NCBI RefSeq assembly: GCF_035594765.1
Contig: NC_085844.1
Location: 163,386,107-163,450,106, forward strand
Length of the DNA: 64,000 nt
Direction: 5' to 3'
From: Anolis carolinensis
Taxonomy: Eukaryota
Positions 48,304 through 63,378 of the stretch are shown here, in pieces (positions within the stretch are counted from its first letter, which is position 1; each line of letters begins with the position of its first letter). The notes beneath the pieces were generated by a model. It did not search any database, had not been told where the DNA came from, and saw only the letters and a list, made by a program, of their open reading frames with translations. A program made the translations under genes and the position numbers.

Positions 48304-48885
48304 CTCTAGGGCGACACAAGTGTTAAATGAATTTGAAAAGCTCCTTTCGAGTGGGGAAACTTGACCTCCTAAACACACTGTCCCTCTCTACCATTTCACC
48401 CAAAAAATAGGGAGAATCGTGGGCAGGCAGAACTTTTGGCTTGAGTGATATCTACCACCATCTTGAACTCTGCTAATGGTTACCAACAGTTGGTTCTCCC
48501 AAGGGAATGTAACCTCTGGAAGAAAAATAAGAATTTTTGCCCACATATGGTATTTATATTTACATTGTAAGAACCTTTGGAGCAAGCAGACTTTTAGAAG
48601 GTGTTTACACTATGACAAGTCCTCAAGGGATTAAGTGAAAACCAGCCATTCCATCACACAAATCGGGAAGCAAAGTTTATTTCATCTATGATTCTAACTC
48701 TGGTCATTCTGGGGGTCTAATGATTATGCGACCTGCAAACAGTTTGATGTGACTGATGTGAAATTCAGCACAAGAAGCATGGTGGACACAAACTGTGTCA
48801 GCAAGCCCTTTCAACACCAGCTCTTTCAAGTAAGTCTGATTTTTTTTTAGACCTAATGTAAAGTTATGTCTAAGAAAAAAGATAT

Positions 48886-49174
48886 TACTGGTCAACACAC
48901 ATTTTGATGACTCAAATATTAAACTTGTTTCTGGGTATATTTGACCTGATTCCAAAAATGGCACAGGTTTCTCCCTATATGCTCTAGTTTTTGAGATATA
49001 GAACATATGGCATATATGTACCAGTCTTCATCTCCTAGCCCATAAAAATAATGATAAGCACATCTAAGGAACTAGAGTTTATACAGTCTATCCAATGCAA
49101 TTTACTGAATTAGTGCCCCAAATAACCCTCAGAACCAGCCTAAAAACCAAGAAATCTTTTGTTGTTGGGCTATG
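48886..49174. mobile_element. Possible Chapaev3-like non-autonomous DNA element
   Basis: Ends (T)ACTGGTCAACA...TGTTGGGCTATG and internal GATTCCAAAAATGGCAC / TAGTTTTTGAGATAT resemble Chapaev-type subterminal sequence. From memory only. Confidence 0.35.
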
Positions 49175-51092
49175 TTTAATTTTCATCCAGGCATTTGGTG
49201 GGCATGCTTCTTTACCAATCACTCTCTCTGTTGGTATGAGATTGCATACCAAAGGAGCCTATGCTGAAATAGTATTGTAATCACATAGAACTTCCTCCGT
49301 AGAGCTCCATAATCGCATAGAGCTTACATGTAGAATTACCCCACTGCATCACTGTTAAAATAGTCTCCCCTCATCACAAGCCTAACGTTAGAATGAATCC
49401 TGAATATTTATTAGAATATTTACAGGCAGTAAACGTTGGTGTAAACTTAGCTAGCTCTTCCATTTTTAGCCACTACCTACTCGTCAGAACGCCTGCTCAG
49501 GACAACTGAGTTTAATTCAATATTATTCCCCTTCTGTAAACAATGCACAGCTTCTTCCTTATTTCATCCCTCAGGACCATCTGAAAATAGTCTAAGAATA
49601 ACCGGGGGCGGGGGGGGGGGGGGGGGGGGGAGAGAGAGAGAAAAGGTGGATAATATGGAAAATTGTAATGTCACCATCTAAAACTATACTATAGAGATAT
49701 ATAGATTATTTTAAATCATGTTTCAAGGGCAGCAGCAGATGCTTTTGAGATTCTTTCTAGAAGTATTACCACAATATAAACTTTGGAAATAGGCCGTACA
49801 AAAAGTGCATTGCTGTCTGTTTGAAACTCAACGGGATGTTCAGAGACCATCTGCTTATTCTGAAAAACACCTGGAACACGTCTAAGCATAACAATAACTA
49901 TTAATAATAATAGAACAACATACTATATATAGTCGCCCACAATGTAATCCATCAAATTTAAATTCAAATAATGTACCATCTGAGGCTAAAGCAAAGAATG
50001 CATTTATAATCTCAATGTTCAGGTAAAGGGTTGCTGAGAGTCCGTGGCCTTTAATGTTTGCCCCATATGTACAGAGTTGTTTTTAATTAAATCTGGATTT
50101 CTTCAAGTACTCCAGCCTTTGCTTGCGTCATGTGGAGCCTCCCAGAATGGTCTGCAGTTATTGATTATTGTGTCGCTGCTCATTCGCAAGACATAACTTA
50201 TTGCAATCCTGCTTTCTTTCTCCTCTTTAAGGCATGCTCATAAACAGTCTTCCTATGATTGATGTGTTTTATGTATCACATAGTTTTCTTTACTTTCATA
50301 TTACATTTAAATCTACCATTGGCTGAAGGCCATAGATATCTTAATCCACTTCCAGATGAATTTTAAAACTAGGATCCATGCTTAGCCTCTCTTGCTTTTG
50401 CTCTTTCATACGCTTTCATACTCTCTGGGCACTGCATCTGGTGTCACATTCTTGAAGCCATGACCTCTCTTGTTTAAGCACAGGTCATGTTAATATTCCT
50501 GCATCCCCTAAATGTAATGGAAGGGAGGTGGCCCTTTATTTGAAGATGGAGGCATCTTTTGATTCTACAGATTGGTTGTGGTGCCCAGTTTAAAATTTGG
50601 GATTGTGAGTGTTGGAAAGATATGTCATAGTTCTGCTTGTGTTGAACTTTGAAAGACTGTACTTCTGATCCAGGCTGCTCATGTTGAATATTTGAAGGAT
50701 ATGAACAACTTTAAGAAAGTAATCAACTACTTCATGCTCTTCCACATGACTTCCCCCTTAGAGATGACATTAAGCCCAGAGACAGAAACTGTTTTGTACA
50801 TAGATGGTCTTAATTCTTATCCTCATGCCAAGAAATTTCAACCCAGCATTGTATATTTTGACCAGTAGACCAACGTTGGTAGTCCTGCCCATTAGTGACA
50901 ATATGCAATCCTGAATTTACAATCCCTGCCAACCACAAGACTTCCTGGTCTGCCTTAAGTCTTTCTTTTCCTGCCCTTCAACATACCCTATTCCTGCCCT
51001 TCAACTAAGGATATTCACCCACACTCCTAAGAACTGGTGATAGCTGACCTTGATTTTGATCCTGTCATTTGTAATCTCATCTATCCCTCCTT

Positions 51093-51967
51093 ATACCAAA
51101 TTAGGAGGGTTGCTAATAATCCAGTGACAGGACCTGGGTTCAAAATAACCTTAACAAAAAGTACAGATATGGGATGGGCAACATCTGGCTTGACAGCAAT
51201 ATGTTAAGCTGTGAAAAAGATCTAAGAATCTTAGTAAACTACAAGCTGAACATGATCTAGCAGTGTGATCTGGAAGCCTAAAAAGCCAATACAATCATAG
51301 TCAGCATAAGTAGGAGTTACAGTATTTAAATGGAGAGAAGTAACAGTACCCCTAATAACACTGTGTTCTGAACACCTCAATTCAAGAAGCATATTGACAG
51401 CCTGGAAAGTGTCTAAAGAGGGACAACCAAAATGGTCAAAGGATCTGTAAGCCAAGCTGCATGAGGAGCATCTTAAGGGGCTGGGTATGTTTAGCTTGGA
51501 TAAGAGATGACATGATAGCCATGTTTAAATATTTGAAAGATATCATATTTAGGAGGGGTTAGCTTGTTTTCTGCTTCTCTAGAGACTAAGACACAGTGTA
51601 ATGGGTTCACAGATTCCACTCGAACATTAGGAAAACTTCCTGTTGAAATAGCTGTTTGACAGAGGAATATGATGCTTTAGAGCAGTGGTTCTCAACCTGT
51701 GGGTCCCCAGGTGTTTTGGCCTACAACTCCCAGAAATCCCAGCCAGTTTACCAGCTGTTAGGATTTTTGGGAGTCGAGGACCAAAACATCTGGGGACCCA
51801 CAGGTTGAGAACCACTGCTTTAGAGTGTGGTGGAATCTCTTTCCCTTGAGATTTTTTAATAGAGACTGGACGGCCAATTTTTCAAGAGTATTTTTATGTG
51901 TATTCTGCATGGCAGAAAGTTGGATTGGATGGCCTTAATAGTTTATTTCAACTCTATGATTCTATGA
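51093..51967 (+). mobile_element. Old CR1 3' fragment, interrupted by a hAT MITE
   Basis: Similarity to 1310-2190 (ACCAAATTAGGAGGG, GACATGATAGCCATG, AGATTCCAC) ending in CTCTATGATTCTATGA. Confidence 0.85.
51683..51817. mobile_element. hAT MITE (family of 2634-2768)
   Basis: Perfect TIRs and 8-bp TSD CTTTAGAG. Confidence 0.95.
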
Positions 51968-54900
51968 GCTGCCATGTTGTAGAACAGTTTTGCCATCAAA
52001 AGATGTAATTTCAATAACACTAATGACCACCAAGAATTAATACTATATTTTCTATCCACATGAAAACCAAACTACGTTTAAGATGTGCCTTTTGTTACAT
52101 TAATTCTTATATAGTATCTTCTCACACGAGATTCAACTCTACTGAAACCCAAAATTTAGCTTTCCAGATACTCAGAGTGCAAATAACACATTAATCAAAA
52201 TGCAATACTGGCATAGACTTAGTAATGAAGACTTGGACTATTGCTGAAGTTTACAAGTCCAAAATTTATCATTCCATCCAGAATAAAAAAATATTTTAGC
52301 TGTAATAACATACCATTGACTCTTCTTAAAGATTGAAAAGTCCTCTGGACAACATAATTAGAGCATAAAATACACAGCACATGATTGTAGCACAAGGACT
52401 GAGACTGTATATGTCCTTGAAGCTGTATCTTGAACATTTTAATACAGATACACATTTTCAATAACATAGATAGAAAGAAGAAAAACAGATGTACTAATCA
52501 AAAGTATTGTCAGTGGGGATGGTTTATTGATTATACAGAACCTGTTTTCTGGAAATATAGCACTGAAGACTACAAAGGGTTTTTTAAAGTCTGCACCGGA
52601 GCATAATAAATAACCATAATAAAAAAAGGAATTTCACAAAGCCCAAACTTTATTTCTCGGAGGTTTTAATGATGCAATATGCCAAGTTTTTGTGGCCTCC
52701 CAGAGGACTTGGAGAAGGCTATGACCTCTCAGAAACTATAGGTTGTCAATCCTGAATTTATTTATATTGTTCTCAGGAAAACACATTTCTTTTAATTTTA
52801 TCAGGATTGGCACTGTAATCGTTGGAATTTGTATATATGATATGTAAGAGTTATTGCAGGTTTACATTCTGAAAGTATCTTGCAGCATGCAGTTGTCTTT
52901 TATAGCCCAAATGTAAGCTGTCTTAGGTTTTCAAAGTTAGGATAAATATACATTTTGTGATCAAAAACCTATGCAACACAGTCCAGTAGTTTCCAGTGGT
53001 TGAATGATTTGCTTCAAATTGTATAATGGATTATTCAGACTGGAAAGACTCATCTGAAACCCTGCAGAGTGTGAAGCAATGGCCAAGTTCAGTATAGAAG
53101 GCAGCTTCCTATGTTCTTAATATTGGGTATCATAGCTGCCGAGACATATTAAGGGAGCCTATGCAAGTTTATTTTCTAGCATGAATGATATGATTATATA
53201 TGCCATACATAATAAACACTTTTATAAATCTCTGTGATCAATTAACTTTAACTTGTCCATAGTCAGACTCATATGTATAGATACCATTGCCTACAACCAA
53301 TGATAGGATGACTTGAACGCCTCTCATTCATAGGACTGCCATAAACTGGAATTGACATGTAGCAATTAACAAGTACTACTAAATGAGATGCACAAAAGCA
53401 TTCAATGCCAAAGTCCTGTGTTTAAAGCTAAACATTACAGATATAGTGGTTGTATTGTTCCTCTGATTGAAAACAGTCTGAGAACCAATGGTCTGAAGTG
53501 TGATATGAACATATATAGGAGACAACAGGAACTGCACAAGGTAGTACTGGGCTAGAAGAAAACAGAGCTGCCTTTTTCAAAATAAGTCTTTTGTTTTTAA
53601 TAATTCACAATTCCTATATCCTGGGGTAGCCATGCCGGTCATGCAACAAAATATAGCAAACTCCAGAGAAACACATTTCAGTGACATCTTTATTAGGCCA
53701 ACCAAAAGACACAAAACAGAAGCTTTCAAAGTTCATAATCTTCTTTATCAGGTAAGGATTTTTAAAATAATTTCAGGAAAAGAGATGTGACAAAAAAGGG
53801 TCAAAGGACTGCATCTTTCTTGAGCTGTTAACATTGAGTTTAATACAGTGGAGGATGGAGCTTTGATGTCAGTAAAATTTGACCTTGATATCAGTAAAGG
53901 CTCCTTGCTGACCATGAGACATTTGACCTTAGGGCCATCATAAGTTGGAAATGACTTGAAGGCACAATTCAGAACAAGGTCTACATATCTATAGCACCGT
54001 GATTCCATCTTAAACATGACAACATCCTGTGGTATGCTGGGATTGGTAGCTCAGAAAGGGGCATTCAAAATTATCTGCCAGAGAGCTCCTTTAGTGCCCC
54101 ATCAAACTACAAGATCTTTCAGTGCCTCACCAAACTACAAGATCCAGAGTTTAATAAAATGCAGCCATGAAATTGGAATCGTAGAGCAAAAATTATGTAG
54201 TTTGAAAAGCCCCAAAACCTTGTGCTCCAGATACATAAACATATACTTTTATGCTTGAAGTGCTACCTACCTACATAATGCATGATTTTGCCATTAAGAA
54301 GAGAAAATCTGTACATAACTGACATGATTTTCTCTGTGATTACTTGAGGTCAATGGTTTGAATAAATACATCTACCACCTACAGACAACTTTTCTGTTGT
54401 CTACATACAAAAGATGTTAGTGGAGCATTAATGTTGAGAAAATCACAGTTTAGTGGAGAAATGGGGATAGATGACTACACATGAAAGAGATTACAAAGTT
54501 CTGCATGAGGTGAAAGAAATAGGGGATGTTGATTACTGTTCTTTGCCTCCTAATACAAGAACCCAGGGTCTTCTACAATCGTAGCCAATTCAGGCCTGGC
54601 AAATAGAAATAGTACTTCTCTAACACAGTGGTACAGTGACAAATAGTACAGCAACCAAAGAGAATCGTTCAAGATATGTCAGCAATGACTACCCACTTAT
54701 CCTTTAAAAAAATAGCGAAGAAGCTTCATCAGCTACTAGTCATGATGGTTGAATGCAACTCCAGGTTTCAATGCCAGTTTAGAATGAGAGACTATTGACT
54801 TCAGAGATCCAGCTTTTAGACCCCCAATGTGCAGTGAAATGCACTGGATCACCTTAGGCCAATGGAACCTCATCCTGATTTACAATACAATACGACAATA

Positions 54901-57900
54901 TATTACTCAGAACACAAGAGATAAAAACCAACATATAAAATTAATAAAAGCAACCTCAATTAAATAGAGACAGTAATTTATGGTTGTAGCTGTAATTAAA
55001 AGATCCATACAATGGTTCAGCATCTCAACTTTATTACATTAAACAATGTAAGGTGCTATTATAATGGCAATTATGTTGGCAAATGTCTAAACCATGTGAA
55101 AGTCCTGGATAACTACAGGACATTTTCAAGCAATGGAGCACCTCAGTTTCATACCCATCTTGAGGACAAAGGAATTCAGAGAGAGAGGGGGGAAAGACAG
55201 AGAGAGAGGGAGTGTGTGTGTGTGTGTTTTGTGAGCTTTCAAACACACCTGGAAGGTTCTCTAGATACGTGAGGTGGAGCATACATACATTCCTACAATG
55301 AGCGAATGAGCAAATGGGAGAAGTTTTAGAGACAGGATATACAGGATAGAGACATACAGGATAGAGACACCCTTTCTGTCTAATGCCACATTGCTCTAAT
55401 ATTAAATGGTGAAAGGGATTTAACAAAATGCTTGGTTAGGAAACATTTTCCAGCAAAAAATAATATAAATTGACAGTACATGACCTGTATCTCTAAGAAA
55501 TACACTCCATTGCTTTGCAGCAATATTTCCAAGCACAGAGTCCCACTGGAGGACTTAGAAAATGCCTAGAGAGGACATATTTTGTGCACTGGGGATAAAT
55601 GAAACCATGAATACCAACCACACAGAAAGGGGGTCATGCTGTAGTTTTAAAATAAGAAGAGCATGGGGAATCACAGATTGAGACACCTATGCAGGACAAA
55701 TGTTAAGGAAAACTGACTTACAGCAAACACATTAGTGAATCATAATTGTTGTGTCAAGAAGATATTTTTTAGTCAAGACTTCACATTAGTTTCTTTGAAA
55801 CAGTACCTTTAATGCTTTGTATTCCGACAGCAAAAACTATATTTAACAGCTCTCGCTAGAGGATTCAAAAAGACAGAGGCTTGCTTGTTTCACTTGCCAC
55901 ACATTCAGTTTAAATTATGTCTCAATGATACTTTATAAGTCAGTGGTTTTTTTGGCTGACCTGATGACTAGAATTCAAAGGCTCTAAATATTGTGCAGAT
56001 TTGATACAAAAGCTCATGCCTTTAAAAGCAACATTTTAATTTAAACCAGAAAAAATATCTTAGTATTTGCTTTATGTGCAAGCCTGCATTTCTTGCTCAA
56101 AGTTGATCTAGTAATAGAGTTTATATGTAGGAGGGCTGGTGCATAAAGGGCTCTCCCACCCCTTTGCTCCCCTTCCCACTCACAAGGCAATTGGGAAAAT
56201 AATAATATTGGTGTGGTTTGCAAGCACAGCTGTTACAAGAAAGAGGGGTGGGGGTGGCTACAGTATATCCCACTGAGACATTATAGGAATATTTTAGGGT
56301 GGTTGTGTGTGTGTTTTAAAACCACAGAATTGTTGCTGCTGACATGTGGTAACATATATATTAAACAGAGGAAAACTCTGCTAGAGGAGCAGGGTCAAGG
56401 AGAGAGGCTAAGGAAGCATCAAGTTGCCACAGAACTAGTTTTTACGCATGACATCTATAGAAAAGGAGAAAGAATTTTAATTAAAGGTATACATTTAACT
56501 TTCCTAAGCTGTGCAGTGGATTATGGAGGGGGGTCTTTAGCAATTTGACAATTAAATTGTAATTTTTCTTAACTGACAGTTGTTTTCTGGGTGGCCGTTT
56601 AGTACTTCTTCATCCTCAAGCAAGATTCAAGACAAGAGACCAGCACATTGTGGAACAGGGCAGGAGATCCTAAAATGTTAATCACAGCTGGGGGAGTGGG
56701 CATTAGTGCATGCATCCACCCACATACATCATTTCCTCTGAAACCTGATGCACAGAGAAAAATACGCAAGCATTGTATTTTTATAGATTCTTGGGTATTA
56801 GAGTGGATTCAAATAACATCAAATTGGGATAATATCATGGAAGGAAAAAATAAACTGGCCCTTTTCTAAGCTCGTGGGGGCCCAATACAGCCCCTCTTTT
56901 AAACATGCTGTCAAGAACTATCAACGTCTAATCTTATTTGGCCCTTATTTCTTGGTCTTTGTGGCTTACTTTGCAGTCAGGGTACCTCAATTTTGCCCTG
57001 GATAATGGCTGACCTGTTTTAGAACTTATCCTGCTAGAAATAGATTATAATTCAAAAGAAGAAAGTGTAATTGCACACACACACACCACAAAAGAAAACA
57101 ACAACAGTTGTCTCTCTTGGCAATGCTGATAGTGCGGCTGTAGGAATTATGAAATGTGAAAAATTATGACATGCAGGTGTCATCCCAAAAAATCCCTAAT
57201 CTTTCAAACCAAAAGAGAAAATAGTTATAATATTTGAGGAGTGCAATTCAGTTTTCTCAAAGACTATTCCATAAAGGGTTTTTTGTTTGTTTGTTTGTTT
57301 GTTTGTTATAGAACTAGCCTGAAACTGTAGAAGCTCTCCCTACCTTTCTAACATGGCTCCACTCCAGGAGGAGAAGGCAAGCTACAAAAAATTCTTTTGA
57401 GCTGGTATCTCGTCTTCAATACTTTCCCCTCCCAGGATCTGAAATAACTGTATAACTTTAAAAAATTGTTTTTTGTAAAGAAGGTTTGAATAAAAAGTGC
57501 ATTTGTGCTGGTAGGTTTTTTATGGGAACCTCTTGCCTAATGTGTAAGTAGTTAGGAGCAAAACTGAAGGGTGACAACATGTTGGGTTTGCTGATGTGTT
57601 TATTTCAGTGATGTGTCTGCCACTTCTAATACAATTTGGAGAATTGTGTCCCAGCATAGGTGAACTTCTAAAATGCTATGTTAGTTCTCACCACAGAAGT
57701 TATGATGAGCCTCAAGACCACCCCCAGTTAGGAATCCAGTTTCCTACCCTCTACAAGACCTCCTTTACCAGGAGTTTGGCTCGGCCTACCATATTAAGCA
57801 GCCAAGTTCATGTATGCAAGCTCCCCCAACCCTGCTTCCCACGCTTGTATTATTGTTTCATTCTGGCAAATCTGGAGGTGCACAGCGTGAGAGCAATGCT

Positions 57901-58794
57901 AAAGCACCCTATGGGAAGTTGTGTTTTTTTCTCCCCTGTCAACTCAGTTTGCTTAAATTATGAACAAGTGTGACATACACATAACAATAAGGAAGCTTAG
58001 TTGATGTCAGCTAGACAGGAACCAGAACAAAACTTGAATTTAAAAGTATGGGGCAAGACAAACTAAATATGACCTTTATCTATGAAATCTAAGCATCTTT
58101 TACCACTAGTAGTCAATCCATGCCTAAATTCTTGGCTGTCCATAGACAAAAGTAAGGTCAAACAAAATTATATGCAATGAGCAGAGAACTGTTCTAAAAC
58201 ATGAGACAATGTTAGTTGGATTCCTTGTTCTCAAGGCTTCTGCTCCTAAAATATAAATCCTTTGCAATATTGTAAGGCCATTTATAATCCAGAACCCTAT
58301 CATTTATAATCATTAGAAACAGGCATCTTTCCCTAAATCTGCAAATCATTTTCTTGGAATGGGTGGTCTCCATGCACATATACGCGTCTCCCCTTTTTCA
58401 TAGAAAATTCTCATTTATAGTATTTTGAAAAACACTTTATCTTTTCTACACAGAGCTTTGACAGTTAATAATCTGAATATTAAGGGGAGGGGGAGAATAA
58501 GAACTGTAGATCATGCCAACATTTTTCTTCCAATATGAACTTTGTTCTTGAAGCTGGAGTCAGAACCAAGTCAGCATGCCTTCACTTCTCATTCAGTTCT
58601 CATTTGCTTTATCCAAAGAAGGTAAAAAGCAAACTCTTATAGAAAAACTCTGCTACCATTTAAGGAGTACAGTGTGTCCCCATACTCCATATATCTGATA
58701 CGTTTCAAGAGTTGGATTACATTCTACACAGTTAAAAAAACTATTTTACAACCCTTAAATGCCAGGATGGAGGAAATCCCCATAGACATTAGGG

Positions 58795-58929
58795 CAGTGG
58801 TTCTCAACCTGGGGTCCCCAGATGTTTTTGGCCTTCAACTCCCAGAAATTTTAACAGCTAGTAAACTGGCTGGGATTTCTGGGAGTTGTAGGCCAAAAAC
58901 ATCTGGGGACCCCAGGTTGAGAACCACTG
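58795..58929. mobile_element. hAT MITE (family of 2634-2768)
   Basis: TIRs; TSD CATTAGGG / CAATAGGG. Confidence 0.93.
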
Positions 58930-59829
58930 CAATAGGGGCATGGGCCCTGGGGTGTCATTTCATTCATGTTTCCCCAGAAAGTCCCCCCTGACTAACTTCA
59001 CTCTCTGGAAGCTTTCTGCATAGCAGATAACCTGAAGACACTGAATGAAAGTGCTCAGATTATACACAAACTGCAAAAATGCTCCTGCAACCATTGCACA
59101 AGTGAGGATGGCATCACCCCTTTCATATCTTCCTTTCATGAAACAGGTAAAACACACTATTCACTATTACCTACAATCACCAGCAATGTTATGTTAAAAT
59201 TCTGAAGGGCAGGCATACTGACATCTTGATGTTTCCCAGTGGCATGGCTCCAAGAATCAAAAAATATACAAACAAACAAATAACCAAAGAGCTGATTAAT
59301 TCATGTCAATAAACCAGCCCTGATAATTTCCATCACAAATATTTTATAAAACAAATGCATTGCAATAGCCTACTGAAGGCCAAGTGCCCCTAATCTCTAT
59401 AAGCATTACATCAAGAATACTCACAATATATCATTGCTTGGAAAATACATCTCTCTATGCTGTCATTGTGAGAGTTGCAACTAAATACAAAGGGAACAAG
59501 AAAATTGATGAGAGTATAGATGCAAATGATATCATTATTCCAGAACTATAAACCAATGATACACAAAAGGTATGGCTCCCTACATATTGCTAAACTGCAT
59601 CTTCCAGTGTTTCCCACCATTCACTATGCATGATTCACCACTTATTAGAGATAGTGGGAATTTCAATTGGAATTGCAGCAACCTTGCCCACCTCTGTTGA
59701 AAACTGTGGACTGACTACACCACTGCTGATGACTGATCTGACTTCAAAAGTGGAGCTTCTTCTCCTGCTTCAACTGAGAAACCCAGTGACAGATGGAAGA
59801 ATCTACCCAGCTAACATCTATCCACATTA

Positions 59830-60170
59830 AACGATTTAAAAAGAGCAATATAAAAGTTTAAAAACAATTAAAAAATAACAGTGTGGTGAAAACAGAATTA
59901 AAATACAGCAAATACATTAAAATGGACTTTAAAACTCACATCTCCACCAATCCCACCCACCCTCCCCAGGGCTTCCCCTTCCATAAAAGCCTGTTGGCAG
60001 AGGAAGGTCTTGACTTGCTTGCGGAAGGCCAGCAGGGATGGGGCCATTCTAGTTCTCTTGGGAGGGAGTTCCACAGCCTGGGAGCAGTCACCAAAAAGAC
60101 CCTCTCCCGTGGTCCCACCAAATGTGCTTGAATGAGTGGTGGGACCAAGAGAAGGCCCTCTCCAGTAGAT
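59830..60170 (-). mobile_element. L2 3' fragment
   Basis: Minus ORF 59936-60148 contains RVFLVTAPRLWNSLPRE. Confidence 0.8.
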
Positions 60171-63100
60171 TGTAGATGTCTCCTAGGTTCATAGAAAGAG
60201 ATGGGCCAGAAGTCTCCCTCCTTTTATGTACAAAAACTCAGCATCTTTTAAATGACCACTTTGGTTTTGATAGTTTTGCTGATCCTTGCTATTTTGAATT
60301 TAAAGTCATATGTATAATATTACAGTCCCATAACCAAAAACAAATGCTTTTAAGGAACTGCTCTTAAATCTTGAGCGTAACTAAAGGAATGTCTTCCTAT
60401 ATACCCTGAAGATTCTTGTTCATGCATTGAAATGGCATGTCTGATCTATACCAATCAGTTAGTTGCTTTAGTAAAAATATGTACAGATTCATGTACTGAA
60501 GTGTTGCACACAACCTTGAAGTGATATCTACATGTACAACCGAGATTGCCCATATACATAGGTATATCCCTATCTGAACCAATAGTTCCAACATTTATTA
60601 TTTATTTTTATTTACTTTATTTTTATCTTACCTTTCTCCCAATGTAAGAACACAAGGCTGAACTCAGGATTTTAAGTCCCATGACAACAGAAAGGCAAGC
60701 TTTAGATGAGGCAGTGAAGACTTTCTTAATGGCAAACCAATGCACACTACATTTCAAATCACAACTATATGCTGGAATCCCATGGAAGATCTCAGCTATT
60801 CTAAAAATTATTTCCAAAGAGGGCATTTTCCATAGATTTCATGAGAAAAGTGTGGCATTGTATAGATTACATTTATTTGACATCTAAGACACCCAACTTA
60901 CATTTTCAGGACTCACTGCCAGAGCAGAATATAGCCTCTTAGGAGAAATAGTCACTGACAATTTTATGTCCCAGATGACATCAAGCAGCATTAAGCTTGT
61001 CCAGGTCAGTTCCATCAGAATACATGGTCAGAAGGCAATCATAAGTTCTTGAACGCTTAAAATGCCAGCTGTCAGCACAGAATTAGTGCAGCTGTGAGGA
61101 AGAGCCATCACATCTCTGTGAGAAGATGTATTAATAGCATCTTCCAATGCTATGCTGTATCAAAAGAAAAGCAAGGGATCTGGGCCTATAGAAGCTTCTA
61201 ATACAATCATCTATAAACCTGCATTCCTTTATGTTTTTATTAATAGAGTACTTTTTAAACATACTGAAAACATTCCTGTTTCTAACACACATGTTTTGCA
61301 CATAAAAGGTGAATCAAATAAGGGAAATACCCAACAGATGCAACATCTACTGCTGCATGGGCAAGCTTCGGCCCTCCAGGTGTTTTGGACTTCAACTCCC
61401 ACAATTCCTAATAGCCTACTGGCTGAAATTTGCCCATGCCTGGTGTACTGTGATTTCTCGGCTCTCTGTGGTTGCCTGACATTTGGTCTTGGGTCTGAGA
61501 TGCAGCCATTTACAAGGCTCCCTGGTAATATCTATCGATCATAGATTTGCATGTAACGTAGAGGGGAGGGGGAACCAAGAGGCTCATGTTAGCATCCCCA
61601 CTGGTCTTCTAGTCAGGGATTTCAATGGAAACCTATAATCAGAGAGTATCACTAAAAATAATGTGATCAGGAAAAAACATGAGAAATGCATGTATAAGAG
61701 TGAAATAAAAGGAAAGGTTTCTTTTCAAGAGGTCGCTTATTAAATCTACAATTCCCCACTGCTGGATTTCCACACTTTGGTTGAATGAGGCTTTTGGTCC
61801 CCTTACTAAAATTATTTGTGGTCATTACAAATATGAAAAGGGCTGGCCAGCTCCCCCTATAATCAGAAAGGGGATGAAGAGGAAACAGGAAATTTGAATA
61901 CCATAATGTAACCCTCATAATGATGCACATTGCTGAATACCTTCCTTGTCAAACTGGCATAATTTCTGTTCCATCACCCACAAGAATTTTAAACTGGTTC
62001 AGGTAGATGTCTATAATTAAGCTCTTCAGAGAGCTCTGTAAGAACTTTTCTTCTGACCTCTGTCTCTCCACATTCACCTTCCTAATGTAGGGATACATTT
62101 TATACGCTGTTATTTCATTCCTGAAAAGATGGTATATCAGTCCCAGATAATGAATTATTGCTTTTATGAGTGCTGGTTAGAATTCTGTGAGCACAATTTG
62201 TAATGGAAAAAAAATAAATTTAACAAATAGAACAAGGTGTGATGGAAAAGACAGCTTGGAATGTTAACTTTTAAAAAAGTAATTTGCTATGATTCCAAAA
62301 CTCTGAAAAGTTCAAAAGCCACTCATATTACAATTTTATGAAAGGAACTATTATTTCTCAAAAAAGAGAGATAGCTATTTTAAAACATGATTAAAAAACA
62401 GCACAGATCACAGCATAGGGAAACACTTTATTCGTTGATTGATTGATTGTATTTATGCTCAGCCTTTCTCCTGGGATGAGATCAGCAGCTTATCCACTAC
62501 TCACTGGCACAATTTCTTCTCCACCGTTTCCTGCTACCACATCTATTTAACTATAACAGTTAGTGAAAAGTTAGCTGCACCACAGAAAGATATGATGGTA
62601 TTCCTCAATGAATTAAAATTCTCATGTAATGTATTAACACCTTAGTTAGTAAAGACACCAATTCATTAATAATAATTGCATATAAAACCAATTATTGCAA
62701 ACCTCTGGAAATACTATTAAAACATATTATTGATTTTTGTTTTCACCAACTCTTTGTCATTAAAAACAAAAAACCTCCAGCAGAGCATTCACTTCTGCTA
62801 TTTGTCAAAGAATAAGAGTGAAATATGCTGGTCCCCTTTCTTCCATTACATGATCAAGGTATTTTAAGTGAACCAAGACAAGTAACTGAAAGATTATCAG
62901 TTTTAACGATCAAGCTGAAAGACCCGGTCATATGATATACAAATTTTTGGACACTTCAGTAAGTATACAATGTGTATTTATTGATAGACAACATATTGTA
63001 GTAGTTCGGGTGCTGGACTAGAACTCTGCAGACCAGGGTCTACATCTCTGCTCACTGGTTTCCTTGGCCAGGTTACACTCTCTCACACTCAAAGAAACGT

Positions 63101-63378
63101 ATGGATAAAGCCACTCCAAACAAATCTTGCCAAGAAAACTGCACAGTGGGGTTGCCGTAGATTGAAACGGCTTGAAAGCACACAACAAACAATTTATATT
63201 TGAATGTGAAATGACAATTTGTTTGGACAGCAAAAGAAAAATTTCCCCTTAATATTACCATGATACCTTGACTGAGTACCATAAGCATGTTAATGTTACA
63301 AGCATGAGATAGAAGCAAAGCACACTACAGAACAAAAACATTTTTGGCTGTAATTTGCAGCAATGCTTTGTAGTAAAC

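Noticed and set aside
49604-49630. Long G run (also 7432-7447) as a G-quadruplex element
   Set aside because: Simple homopolymer of uncertain length with no supporting context.
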